Positions 30,022-40,177 of a stretch of DNA of 64,000 bases are shown here, in pieces. Below the pieces are notes generated by a model. The model was not told the origin of the DNA. It saw nothing but the letters and a program-made list of their open reading frames with translations, and made no database searches. Position 1 is the stretch's first letter. Every line of letters begins with the position of its first letter. Both the position numbers and the translations under genes were made by a program. The stretch is from Polyangia bacterium (GTDB lineage Bacteria; Myxococcota_A; Polyangia; JAAYKL01), in assembly GCA_050287845.1 (NCBI GenBank), contig JBNKCR010000098.1, positions 288,001 through 352,000 on the forward strand. The letters run 5' to 3'.

Positions 30022-30993
30022 ATGAATCAACCCCTGGAGTCTGTGGAGGTGAAAATGAGTCCAACTGAAATGATTGACGCCCGTGTCTACACCAGCGCCC
30101 TGGAATGCGCTGTGCCCATTTATATTAAAATGTTGCCGGGTGACATGGCGGCGCTGTTCGACTGGGTGGAGACCGGCAAGGCGCCACACAAATTGCTGGC
30201 CAACCATTCCGAAGCCTGGTTGACAACCGCCTATTCAGAACTGCGGGAGGCAGGCATGATGGCCGATAAGTGGCTGCAGGTACACATCAGGGAACTGTAC
30301 AACCAGAAACTCGACGGCCTGAACGATTTGTCCCTGGTTGCATATGCGTCCGTGGTGCAGGACCGCTCCCATGAATCGACCGACAATGCAGATGACAGGA
30401 GTAGATTGTATGACGCGTATCGGCGACTTATTCAGAACCCCCGTGGTTCCATTCTGTTGGATTATGGATGGCTATACGGAGATGTTCTCGATTACCAGGT
30501 AATGCCGGAAGACGAACTGCACTGGCAAATTCAGGAATGTGCGTTGGCTCACGCAATCTGTTACGGTGATGAAGGCCGGATATTTGCCTCGCTGGTGCGC
30601 CGGATTTCAGATGAAATCGAAATGGGAGACCTGAATCGGGGCGTGGAATGGATATCGCGGATTTTTGAGAATTTTGCGGGCCGATTCTGTGTATATGAAA
30701 GTGCCGCGGCTGCCTTCTTTCAGGGAAATTACAATTTGCTGGGACAGATGGTGCTTCAGGCCGCCAGCTCCCTGAATCTCGATGCGGAAGATGCCCATGC
30801 GTATCAGGATCTCTGCTTCATGTACCGGAAAAAAGAAACAGGCGATCCCCCTTTGCCCGACCTTGAAAAGCGATTGACAATGGCGATGGCGTATCCCGCG
30901 GAAGGCAGCAGGAAGCTGACGCTGTTGCAACTGATACAGGAGCTCTTTCCTGCGATTGACAGTGTTCCAGTGAAACAGATAGCCAGTCCGTGA
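30022..30993 (+). CDS. Hypothetical alpha-helical protein
   Basis: 323-codon ORF filling the gap; no recognised motif. Confidence 0.7.
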   Translation: MNQPLESVEVKMSPTEMIDARVYTSALECAVPIYIKMLPGDMAALFDWVETGKAPHKLLANHSEAWLTTAYSELREAGMMADKWLQVHIRELYNQKLDGLNDLSLVAYASVVQDRSHESTDNADDRSRLYDAYRRLIQNPRGSILLDYGWLYGDVLDYQVMPEDELHWQIQECALAHAICYGDEGRIFASLVRRISDEIEMGDLNRGVEWISRIFENFAGRFCVYESAAAAFFQGNYNLLGQMVLQAASSLNLDAEDAHAYQDLCFMYRKKETGDPPLPDLEKRLTMAMAYPAEGSRKLTLLQLIQELFPAIDSVPVKQIASP

Positions 30994-31246
30994 CGTAATC
31001 ATTCATCTGTTCTCGTTCCCGGAATATCAATAATTTCAAAAGATTAAGCTTTTTATGGGAAATTGTCACATCGGTTTCCTTACATCCCGCTTGTTTCCAT
31101 CAAATCCAGTTGTTATTTATGATTCGTGCAACAAAACGTGACTTCAAACGAGCGAATAGCACAATTTGGGTGGCCCCGTCGAGGGACCGATACACACTGA
31201 GAACTGTGCTAATATAATGATCTTATGTATTGAGGAGAGATTAAAT

Positions 31247-32335
31247 ATGATAAATCGGTTGGCTCTAAATGTACTTTTATTAACGATGATTTCGGGGGGG
31301 ACAGCCTTGTCAGGGTGCACCCGGGATGAGGCGGTCCGAAGACCGTCACCGGATAATTCCCTGACTGACGGCGATGTGGACGGCGATGTGGACAGTGACG
31401 CGGACGGCGATGCCGATAAGGACATTCCCAGGAGACAATGTGAAGATGGCGAGTCCGTTTCGAGTGATTGCTATTGTGTCCGCATGGGCGTTGTCGGCAT
31501 ATTCGACAGCGCCGCCAACGAAGGAGACAATGACGTCAGCGAATTTGTGGACTGGTTGAACCACGACAGTTCCGCCAAAGTGACCATGATTAATCAGGAC
31601 AATACCGCCAAACCCACGATTAATGCCAATTTTTTGGGCGATTACGATGTGTTGCTTTTCCTGTATCAGTCCTCAAATCTGGATTCGAACTGGTGGACCT
31701 ACAGCAAAGCGGAATCGGATGCATTGCGCAACTGGATAGAGGCTGGAGGCGGCGTCATTGCCGTAACAGGGTTCAACGGAAGAGCAACCCAGAACGAAGT
31801 GAGCGCCATCAACAGCATTCTGACTCCGGCCACGGGGTTATCTTATAGCGAGGATCCTCAGCATATACTGAATCAGTGTCCATCCAACATGCCGTGTTTC
31901 TGCTGGTGGAATGCTGTGCCCCTGGATGGATTCAATCCGGATCATCCCATTTCGTACAATGTGACCCAGATTGGTGCGATGATTGGCTCGAAAATTCTGG
32001 CGCCAGATGACGCGGAAATTGTAGCCAGCAATTCAGAGGGAAATACCGTTGTCGCCCGTGAGATAGGACGTGGTCGCGTGGTGGCCATTGCGGACGAGTG
32101 GCCCCTTTTTTCCAGACTCTGGGTGGAATCGTTGAATACCGACCATCTGAATTTCCAGATTCCGGAGGACGAGGATACGTGGCCGAGTCATCCCTGTTAC
32201 AACGAAGAAGAAGAATACTGGATGACACCGGGCAATGTCTTTCAAATTCCTCAGTTCTGGTACAATTCCATCAAATGGGCGTCGGGGGATGAGGAATGCT
32301 TTGTCATTGAACATCCCACCATTTACGTGGAGTAG
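31247..32335 (+). CDS. Lipoprotein with acidic DG repeat and class-I GATase-like (DUF4350/ThuA-like) domain
   Basis: GAGGAG RBS; lipobox LSGC; DGDVDGDVDSDADGD; LGDYDVLL, ALRNWIEAGGGVI, HPI, IGRGRVVAIADEW. Confidence 0.8.
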   Translation: MINRLALNVLLLTMISGGTALSGCTRDEAVRRPSPDNSLTDGDVDGDVDSDADGDADKDIPRRQCEDGESVSSDCYCVRMGVVGIFDSAANEGDNDVSEFVDWLNHDSSAKVTMINQDNTAKPTINANFLGDYDVLLFLYQSSNLDSNWWTYSKAESDALRNWIEAGGGVIAVTGFNGRATQNEVSAINSILTPATGLSYSEDPQHILNQCPSNMPCFCWWNAVPLDGFNPDHPISYNVTQIGAMIGSKILAPDDAEIVASNSEGNTVVAREIGRGRVVAIADEWPLFSRLWVESLNTDHLNFQIPEDEDTWPSHPCYNEEEEYWMTPGNVFQIPQFWYNSIKWASGDEECFVIEHPTIYVE

Positions 32336-32345
32336 TCTCAATAAT

Positions 32346-33218
32346 TCAGACAGGGCGCCGTTCCAGAAATGCTTTGTCAAAATGAACATCGAGTTGGGGA
32401 AATGCAATAACAATGTTGTTTTCCTTCAATGCCCACCAGATGGCTTCGTTCAGTTCGCTGGTAAGCATTCTTCCCCGCCAGGGATCAGACACCTCCACAT
32501 ACACACCAAAATTTACGGCTGAGTCGCCGAATTCCCGCATCAGCACCGACACGCGTCCTTCCGCAACGCGCCAGGGCATGGCCTCGGCGGTCTTTTGCAG
32601 GACCGTTTTCACTTTGTGCATATCACTGTCATAGGTCACGCCCACAATGGTTCCCAACAGGTGGTTGGTATCGCTCATGGTGTAGTTGGTGACCGTACCC
32701 TGTACCAGATTTGAATTGGGAATGATCATCTCTTCCATGTTTCGCGTCAGCGCAAGGGTGCTGCGAATCCCGATGCGATGAATTTTTACCACTGTGCCAT
32801 CAACGCTGAGAATGTCTCCCGGTTGAATGGTACGTTCCGCAAACAGAATTACCCCGGAAACAAAATTCTGAGCGATGTTCTGCATGGCGAAACCAAGACC
32901 CACCGTGAGTACGGCCCCCGCAGCGAACAGAGTGGATAGATCAATGCCCGCAATTTTAAGGGCGACAACTCCACCGCCGAGCAGAATGAACCAGTGGATA
33001 AAGCTGCAACTGTTTTTAATGGTCTGCTCGTTTTTAACGCCACGGCGACGAAGAACTCTGGCGATGGAACGCCGGACCAGAAAGGAGATGAACCATGCCC
33101 CGAGCAGGGCGAGAATTGCAACCAATACCCGGCCGATGGTGATAGGGGTTCCCGCGACCGAATACAAAGGAGTTGAAATGAATTGATGTATCTGAGTGAG
33201 TATTTCTTTGGCTGTCAT
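32346..33218 (-). CDS. Small-conductance mechanosensitive channel (MscS family)
   Basis: VGLGFAMQNIAQNFVSG, ERTIQPGD, IGIRST, IIPNS, FGDSAVNF, IAFPQLDVH. Confidence 0.95.
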   Translation of the reverse strand: MTAKEILTQIHQFISTPLYSVAGTPITIGRVLVAILALLGAWFISFLVRRSIARVLRRRGVKNEQTIKNSCSFIHWFILLGGGVVALKIAGIDLSTLFAAGAVLTVGLGFAMQNIAQNFVSGVILFAERTIQPGDILSVDGTVVKIHRIGIRSTLALTRNMEEMIIPNSNLVQGTVTNYTMSDTNHLLGTIVGVTYDSDMHKVKTVLQKTAEAMPWRVAEGRVSVLMREFGDSAVNFGVYVEVSDPWRGRMLTSELNEAIWWALKENNIVIAFPQLDVHFDKAFLERRPV

Positions 33219-33337
33219 GAGGCAGCATTAGAGCACAAGTGGGCCAACGGGGCTATATAGATTTTTCATATGGATACGACAAAATTGTCACCGCTCACAT
33301 TCTTGACAGTTCAGATGGTTGAATGTACGTTCGGCTC

Positions 33338-34123
33338 ATGTTTCCCGACGCCACGCGACAGTTATCTCTAGATTTCTCCAGGACCCATCGAGCGGTCGGT
33401 CTGCTGAGTCATGATTTGAGCGTAGCGGATGTAATCGCTGTCCAGCAAAAACGCATTGCGTCCTATCTCTCCATGATGTTGCAGGACGAGGTTGAAGTGA
33501 TATTTACAGATAATCGCGCAACCATGATTTCGTTCAAGAAAACGTCCGGCGTCCTTAAACTGCGCCTTCATAAAATGTTTCAGCAGGCGGATGACGCCAT
33601 ATTGAAGGCGTTATGGGTTTTCATCCGCGGCATTCCATCCATCCGCGCTTCGAAGAAATTGGATGATTTCATCAAGTCCAACCAGGGGCAGATTCGTGTT
33701 CGGACCAAACCGCGTCGCCAGGCCGTTCAACCGGTGGGGGCGCATTTCAATCTTCAGGACATTCTTGACCGGGTGTCATCCCGATACTTTGCCGGAGAGA
33801 CCGACGGCGTGAGTATTGGCTGGGGCAAGTATCGGCAACGACGTGCGCGCCGAACCCGTACGAGAAGCCGGGCGCTGGCCACCTACTGCTTTGAAGATCG
33901 GACCATTCGCGTCAATCCGGTAATGGACACGCCGCGTGTGCCCGATTACGTCATCGATTGGGTAGTGTATCACGAGCTGTTGCATCATATGTTGCCCGTC
34001 GAAAAGAGTGGCAACCGAAAGCGGTATCACACCGCACGGTTTCGAACTCTGGAGCGTGCGTTTCCCTTTTATCTGGAAGCGCGCAAGTGGGAGCAGCAGA
34101 ATCTGGACTGGCTATTGAAATAG
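33338..34123 (+). CDS. SprT/YgjP-like zinc metalloprotease
   Basis: LRLHKMF, IRVNPVMD..VP.YVIDWVVYHELLH, HTARFR.LE. Start at 33338 or 33323. Confidence 0.85.
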   Translation: MFPDATRQLSLDFSRTHRAVGLLSHDLSVADVIAVQQKRIASYLSMMLQDEVEVIFTDNRATMISFKKTSGVLKLRLHKMFQQADDAILKALWVFIRGIPSIRASKKLDDFIKSNQGQIRVRTKPRRQAVQPVGAHFNLQDILDRVSSRYFAGETDGVSIGWGKYRQRRARRTRTRSRALATYCFEDRTIRVNPVMDTPRVPDYVIDWVVYHELLHHMLPVEKSGNRKRYHTARFRTLERAFPFYLEARKWEQQNLDWLLK

Positions 34124-34147
34124 ATTGCCGGTAATCGGATGCACAAC

Positions 34148-34453
34148 CTATTTATTGTCGTTCACTATCTGATTGATTCCCCATACTTCTATGGCTCGAA
34201 GAACTTCAAATTGTACGCCCACACTCGTATCCCGGCACCACCGAACTACACCCGGGATAACGCAGGTTTCTCTGATTTTGGGCAGTTGTATTTCAAGAGC
34301 CAGTTTCTGACCGAATTCGACGGGGGCGTCTGTTTTAAGAAGTGCGCCCCCCTGACTGAGATTCAATGTCATACCGGGTTGCCGTTGCCCGGCAATATCA
34401 ATGATTACTTCTGTTTGAAAATCAACTCGTGCGAACTTGCGTTTCTGCGTCAT
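34148..34453 (-). CDS. PilZ domain protein
   Basis: KRKFAR, NLSQGGA, GVVRW, VGVQF. Confidence 0.9.
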   Translation of the reverse strand: MTQKRKFARVDFQTEVIIDIAGQRQPGMTLNLSQGGALLKTDAPVEFGQKLALEIQLPKIRETCVIPGVVRWCRDTSVGVQFEVLRAIEVWGINQIVNDNK

Positions 34454-34631
34454 GGATCACCTGGAAGTCGATAGATTTTTCATCATCGTGTAGGGTACTG
34501 GACAATGAAGTTGTTTTTTGCGATGCCATTCCAAATTGTGTACAGTTGCATCAATAATCTCAATCTTTTTAACATAATCAGGATTATATTCATATAACTA
34601 AATCTTTTTCCCGGGTGCGAATTAAAAGAAA

Positions 34632-35519
34632 ATGACCGACCATCAAAAAACGAAAACACGGCACGTACGATGGTTTGTATTGGCCGGTCTTGCGTTGATG
34701 ATATTTGCCACCGTTTTTTACGTGGCGCGCCCGAAGCATGGGGCATTGCCAACGATGCCCGAAGTCGCCATTGACCCGGCCCGGATAGATTTCGCCGTAA
34801 AACGAATTTGGGCACGCGCGCGGACTGTATCCTTTTCTGAATATCATCACGCGTTGCGCGACGCTTATCAGGATCTGAATCTGGCAGAAGTGAGGGGTGT
34901 GGACGGGAAAGAGCTGATGCGGCTACGTCAGAATTTCGTGGAAAAAACCGAAATCGGTCAGACCGCACGCAAAGAACGGTATCTGCTGATGGGAGATTAC
35001 CTTGCCGTGCAGTTTGAAAAAATACTGTTTGATGTACTCAAAGATATTGAGAATAAGGGACTTCAGCCGGTATTGGCTTCGCAATCTGCGAATTACAGGA
35101 AGCTGATTTCCATCAGTGGCAATTTTTTAAAGGAAGGCATCCGTTCCGGACTGATTGGCGCCGACGGCCAGATGCACGACGCATCATTTGTGCCGCAGAT
35201 TCTGTTTCGGAAGCGATGGAGAATGCTGGGGGAAATTCCATATCGATATCAATTTCTTCCGATAGAATCGCTGGTGGATGCGGCATATCAACTTCGGTTT
35301 GGCAATCCCGCGCATCCGGAGCCGCGCCTGAGAGCGGTGCAGCGGATACACCGGGCGGTACCGGATTTCAACCATTTGCTGGCGTCGGCATTGGTACATT
35401 ACGAAGCAAAAGAAACCGAACGGGCCAAAGCAGTGCTGGCCCGGGGGCTTCAAAAGGAACCGGAGAATTTTGCCATGAATCAGTTTCTTTTATTCCTCAC
35501 CAATGATACAAAGCCTTGA
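34632..35519 (+). CDS. Membrane-anchored hypothetical protein with TPR-like C-terminus
   Basis: Single N-terminal TM helix; helical C-terminus (ALVHYEAKETERAKAVLARGL..EPEN). Confidence 0.7.
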   Translation: MTDHQKTKTRHVRWFVLAGLALMIFATVFYVARPKHGALPTMPEVAIDPARIDFAVKRIWARARTVSFSEYHHALRDAYQDLNLAEVRGVDGKELMRLRQNFVEKTEIGQTARKERYLLMGDYLAVQFEKILFDVLKDIENKGLQPVLASQSANYRKLISISGNFLKEGIRSGLIGADGQMHDASFVPQILFRKRWRMLGEIPYRYQFLPIESLVDAAYQLRFGNPAHPEPRLRAVQRIHRAVPDFNHLLASALVHYEAKETERAKAVLARGLQKEPENFAMNQFLLFLTNDTKP

Positions 35520-36312
35520 TTTTATGTCGTTAAAGAAAACAATTTTTATACTGCCCAATCTTTTCACCGCCGCAAGTCTGTTTTGTGGGGTGTACGCCAT
35601 TATCCGTTGCGCTTCAGGGGAGGTAACCAATGACGATGTCTACAAGTCATCGCTGCTCCTCTTTTACTCGTTCCTTTTCGATTTATTCGATGGACGGGTC
35701 GCCCGCATGACTCGAACGCAGAGTGCATTTGGCGTTGAGTTTGACTCTCTGGCCGATTTGATATCTTTCGGCATTGCCCCTGCCATTATTGCATATCGGT
35801 GGTCACTGGAAGCGGCTGGTTTCGTTGGTGCTGTGGTGGCTTTTCTATATGTGCTGGGCGGTGCGATTCGATTGGCCCGGTTCAATGTGATTGCCCACAC
35901 CGCGGCACAGAAAAACAAAAAACCCGGCAAATTTATGATGGGTTTGCCCATCCCGGTGGCTGCCGCATTCATCGTGGCGTTTGTGGTGGCGTCACGTGCA
36001 ATGAAAGACGGTGAGTGGCCCTGGCTGACAGCGCACGGATTCACCGTGAACGGCATTGCATATCCGTCAATCTGTATTTTCATGGTGGTGCTTGCATTTC
36101 TGATGGTCAGCAGAGTCCGCTTTCGATCCTTCAAGGATTTTAAACTGAAAAGTTCATTCTCTGCCGTGGCGATTTTAACGGTGATTTCGGTCAGCAGTGT
36201 GTTGTGGATATGGTATTCCCCCGCATATATTCTGATTGGGCTGCTCCTGATTTATGTGACTCTCGGGTTTATTGAGTCAATCATTTCTCTCGCCAGAAGA
36301 GACGGCGTCTGA
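35503..36312 (+). CDS. pssA: CDP-diacylglycerol--serine O-phosphatidyltransferase
   Basis: ILPNLFT, FDLFDGRVAR, FGVEFDSLADLISFGIAP, RLARFN, GLPIP. Start may be 35524. Confidence 0.93.
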   Translation: MIQSLDFMSLKKTIFILPNLFTAASLFCGVYAIIRCASGEVTNDDVYKSSLLLFYSFLFDLFDGRVARMTRTQSAFGVEFDSLADLISFGIAPAIIAYRWSLEAAGFVGAVVAFLYVLGGAIRLARFNVIAHTAAQKNKKPGKFMMGLPIPVAAAFIVAFVVASRAMKDGEWPWLTAHGFTVNGIAYPSICIFMVVLAFLMVSRVRFRSFKDFKLKSSFSAVAILTVISVSSVLWIWYSPAYILIGLLLIYVTLGFIESIISLARRDGV

Positions 36313-36318
36313 ACTGGA

Positions 36319-36624
36319 TCACGTCGGGCGCTTTGCCATTTTTTCCTGAACACTTTTTACTTTTCCAGCGAGTCTGCCGACGCTTCCCTTGCGACTGTCA
36401 AACTTGACGTTGGCGATAACGCGATTGGATACAGGGGCGAGGGTGTTGTAGCAACGGGTCAGCAGGGCAACCAGTTCGTCCCACTCCCCTTCAATTACGG
36501 TACCCATGGGCCCAAGCGCATAATCGAGCCCGCTCTGATCGATTACATCGATCAATATGGCCACATACGGTGACAGGCTTTCGCCCTTATCCACAGGATA
36601 CATGGACAGTTCCATCAGTGTCAT
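36319..36624 (-). CDS. MTH1187/YkoF family thiamine-binding protein
   Basis: ELSMYP, SLSPYVA, SGLDYALGPMGTVIEGEWDE, KVKSV. Confidence 0.9.
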   Translation of the reverse strand: MTLMELSMYPVDKGESLSPYVAILIDVIDQSGLDYALGPMGTVIEGEWDELVALLTRCYNTLAPVSNRVIANVKFDSRKGSVGRLAGKVKSVQEKMAKRPT

Positions 36625-36633
36625 CTGATGCCC

Positions 36634-39144
36634 CTACTTCCTTTCCCGTTGAACAACCACGCTCAGGGGCTGGCCTTTCTGCAGAACCTCAATCATCACC
36701 ACGGAACCGATGGGTCCCTGCAGGGCCCGCCGAGCCATGGCGATCCCCTTAATTTCCCTGCCATCAATGGTAATCAGCGTGTCGCCGGATTTCAAGCCGG
36801 CGGCATCCACGAGGGATCCGGGTTGAACATTGGAAACAATGATCTGTTTGTTTTTATTCTTCAGCGAAATCGGTATGGTGCCGATGCCCGCCGGATGATC
36901 GGTAACGACCAAATCATCTGCCGGCCCGAATGCACTCTGATTGCTTCCGGTGGAATACCCGGCATCCGGATTCTCTCCGGGAGCGCCGGCATATCCCCCT
37001 TTCAGCGGTGCATCTTCTTCAGTGATTCCCGGCGAGGTCACGATGCCTGCAGAACCGCCGGAGACGGTAACTCCCAGGGAGTCGCTACTGCCGAACTCGG
37101 ATCTGGGCGGCGTCGGAATACGGGGGAATGATTTGCCAGGGGAGGGGGACTGTTTCGAAACAGTGGATGAAATTGCCGTTACGCCACTGGTTTCTTCTGC
37201 GGCGTCTAATTCCACAACCAGGTTCGCGTCTTTTTCGGCGGTGATGTTGTCAGCAGATGCCACAATGTCGTCATTTATCCGGGCTCGCACCATGTATTGG
37301 CCGGTTCCCGCCCCTTCCATGGAAAATGTGCCATCGTCACTGGATTCTGCGGTGAGGACCTGCACCAGCCCTTTATTTATCAGCTCCGCTTCAATGGCAA
37401 CGCCGCCAATTCCGGTGCCATACCGGTTCACCACTCGACCGCGCAACACTTCGTTGGCATCTTCGAGACGAATGGTGGCATCCAGCGTCTTCCCCGGGGG
37501 ACCAAACATTCGCCGCGATCCGGGAATGCAATTCTCTGCGGTGGCTTCCAGACGGAATTCTTCGGGAAGACCGGTCATTGTGACATATCCGTCCGGTTGA
37601 GTTGTATCATTTTTCCAAATCTGCCTGTCCATCGTATATACAGTGACATTGGCATTCCCTATGGGCTGGCCAACAGCGCTGACCACCCGGAGGGACAGGG
37701 TGGCGCCCGGCTTCATAAGGATAGGTATGTTTTCAAATACAGGCTGCCCATCGGTGACGTGCAACGTGGGACGGCGGAAAAGCACAAAGTCATCGTGGGT
37801 AGCGCCCAACGACATGTCCCCCGGCGGAATCGCATTCACCTGGAATACACCCTCGCTGTTGGTTGTCCCCCATGTCACTTCGCCTCCCGGATCGGCAGTG
37901 CCACTTGCATTGGACAGTATATCGGGCAGCGGGATGCGCGGGGGGCCAACAATACACGACGCCTCATCGTCCACATCCAGCGCCCGGGGCAGTCCGCTGA
38001 GTTCCCAGACCGCTTTCTGCAGCATGAACCGTCGGTCACTTTCCGTTGGCAGCGGATCAAACGAATCGCCCTCCTTGCGTTGCACATTGATTTGCGCGCC
38101 GGCGATGGGTTTTCCTCCCGGGGTCTGAACAACACCGCGAATCACTGATCCTTTGGACAACAGGACATTCACGGATGCGCCGGGAAGAATACGGTGGACG
38201 GCTTTTTGAACATATCCCCTTGCAAACACAGCCAGAGAGATTCCGGCCACACTGGCGCCCGGAATTGACACCAGACCGGAATTATCTGTTTTGTATGTGT
38301 GAGTCAGGAGCGATTCATTCTGTGGGGTGACCGTTACTATCGCGCCGTCGATTTTTTCATGGGTATTTTCATCTGCCACTGTTACCGAGAGGGGCGGTAT
38401 GTTGGTCATCTGGGCTTCCAAATCGATTTCTTCGCCTGCCTCCAATGATATCGGTTCCAGCACCGAAAAGGCAAGCTGGTCCTTCTGTGCGCTGAACGAA
38501 TACACTCCCTCCGGCAATCCCTTCACCGACAACCGTCCCCGTTCATCAGTGAGTGCACGGCGCATGGGCCAGATGGTGCTGCCCGCCAGATGAACCTCCA
38601 CATAGGGAACCGAGTATCCGTGTACATCCACAAATCGGAGCGTCAGCACCGCACCTTTTCCGAGATACAGGTCGGTGGCTGCATCGCACTGCACATTCTC
38701 ATACGAGGTAGCCGCATACTCGCTGGCCCACGCGAACAGCTGATAGGTCGCGTTTGTTGTTAAATTGTGAAAACAGTACTTCCCGTCGTCGTCTGTGGTG
38801 GCCACATCGGGCAGATTGGCGGTTTCCCATGGCTCATCCAGAAGTCGGAGCCGCACTGTTGCGCCGGGAATAGGGGTCTGGTCTTCTGAATAGATCTGTC
38901 CGCATATATGACAGCTGCCGCGCAAATCTCGCTTCGGAGAAAGAATTTCCCATTTGGGGACATCGAATTTCCGCGATTGGGCCACTTCCTGTTCCGTATC
39001 TGCTCGGGATACGGCTGGCGGAGGGGCGGACTCGACGGCGGGGGAGGCGGGGTCGGATTTCAGAAACGAAAACAGCAGTGCGGTAGTGAGTGCTCCCAGG
39101 GCGATTCCCACAACAATAAACAGTATGTTGCGTTTGGTGGACAC
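36634..39144 (-). CDS. Membrane-anchored protein with multiple carboxypeptidase-regulatory-like (Ig-like) repeats and C-terminal PDZ domain
   Basis: Repeated PI.GA.V / T..DG.F motifs; C-terminal VSNVQPGSLVDAAGLKSGDTLITIDG...LQGPIGS. Confidence 0.85.
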   Translation of the reverse strand: MSTKRNILFIVVGIALGALTTALLFSFLKSDPASPAVESAPPPAVSRADTEQEVAQSRKFDVPKWEILSPKRDLRGSCHICGQIYSEDQTPIPGATVRLRLLDEPWETANLPDVATTDDDGKYCFHNLTTNATYQLFAWASEYAATSYENVQCDAATDLYLGKGAVLTLRFVDVHGYSVPYVEVHLAGSTIWPMRRALTDERGRLSVKGLPEGVYSFSAQKDQLAFSVLEPISLEAGEEIDLEAQMTNIPPLSVTVADENTHEKIDGAIVTVTPQNESLLTHTYKTDNSGLVSIPGASVAGISLAVFARGYVQKAVHRILPGASVNVLLSKGSVIRGVVQTPGGKPIAGAQINVQRKEGDSFDPLPTESDRRFMLQKAVWELSGLPRALDVDDEASCIVGPPRIPLPDILSNASGTADPGGEVTWGTTNSEGVFQVNAIPPGDMSLGATHDDFVLFRRPTLHVTDGQPVFENIPILMKPGATLSLRVVSAVGQPIGNANVTVYTMDRQIWKNDTTQPDGYVTMTGLPEEFRLEATAENCIPGSRRMFGPPGKTLDATIRLEDANEVLRGRVVNRYGTGIGGVAIEAELINKGLVQVLTAESSDDGTFSMEGAGTGQYMVRARINDDIVASADNITAEKDANLVVELDAAEETSGVTAISSTVSKQSPSPGKSFPRIPTPPRSEFGSSDSLGVTVSGGSAGIVTSPGITEEDAPLKGGYAGAPGENPDAGYSTGSNQSAFGPADDLVVTDHPAGIGTIPISLKNKNKQIIVSNVQPGSLVDAAGLKSGDTLITIDGREIKGIAMARRALQGPIGSVVMIEVLQKGQPLSVVVQRERK

Positions 39145-39168
39145 GGGTACCTCAATTGGCGATGCCTG

Positions 39169-39798
39169 TCAGTAACTTTTGGGTAGAACAATATCCGCCC
39201 TGGATTTCAATGCACTGATGATTTTGTGCTCAATTTCCAGAACGGCTTCAATAAATGCGCCTTCGGTTTCATCCCGCGCCCGTTTATTTCGATGTGAAAG
39301 GGTGTCGTGATAGGTTTTGTCAATGAACGCATGAAAGTCCGCTTCGTTGAGAGATGTGGTATACGTGCCCTCTGCAATCACCACGTGTATTCCCTCCAGG
39401 GAGACTGTTTCTTCAGTGATGGTGTTTTCTTCAAAAAGCACATTGGGTTTGACAATGGAAATCTGACCTTCTTTCGCGGCTTTGAGGTGCGCATCCATCA
39501 AATCCAAACGAACTTCACCGGTTCCCACCCACGAGATGTCTTCTTTGCGTTTCTGGGAATTGGATTTGGGTGGCAGTCTGAAATAGTCGTCCTGGCCCAG
39601 GATGGCTACGCGATATCCGGCATTTTCCAATTCATGCGCGGTGGTTGCAGCGGTTTCGGATTTGCCACTGCCCGACTCTCCGGCAACGGTGAGCGTAAAA
39701 ATACGATTGGCATCCTTTATTTTCGGAAGACATGCTTCTGCCACACGACGCCCATTCTCTTCGTGATAGGACTCTATTACCAGTTTGTCTCCAATCAT
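39169..39798 (-). CDS. Uridine kinase-like P-loop kinase
   Basis: VAGESGSGKS, QDDYF, VIAEGTY; GAGGAGG RBS. Confidence 0.85.
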   Translation of the reverse strand: MIGDKLVIESYHEENGRRVAEACLPKIKDANRIFTLTVAGESGSGKSETAATTAHELENAGYRVAILGQDDYFRLPPKSNSQKRKEDISWVGTGEVRLDLMDAHLKAAKEGQISIVKPNVLFEENTITEETVSLEGIHVVIAEGTYTTSLNEADFHAFIDKTYHDTLSHRNKRARDETEGAFIEAVLEIEHKIISALKSRADIVLPKSY

Positions 39799-40177
39799 AA
39801 AACATGCCTCCTCATGTCACACTGTTTCATTGAACAAACGAAGAATCAATTAACGGTATTCCGTAGGGAAAGTCAATCATCTGCATTCCGTTTTTATGCC
39901 GCGTAACCTATTGAAATCAAAGAGTCCGGATAAAATTGACGGGACCGGGACATATTTTTTTACAACAAATCGAATCGGCGACCGGGCAGGGGTGCGCAAC
40001 CGGGCGATGATCCCCCCGATTCATCGGCATTTCCCGCGTCGCCCGCAAAAATTGTGTTCACTGGAGTCCCGTTGCGGAATGAACATGAAAAATGTTGAAA
40101 GAAGTGGGTGTGAATTCATTAATTATGAGCCGGGGTCACCGCGTCATGATATATAAGTATATGAAGGAACTGTATCC

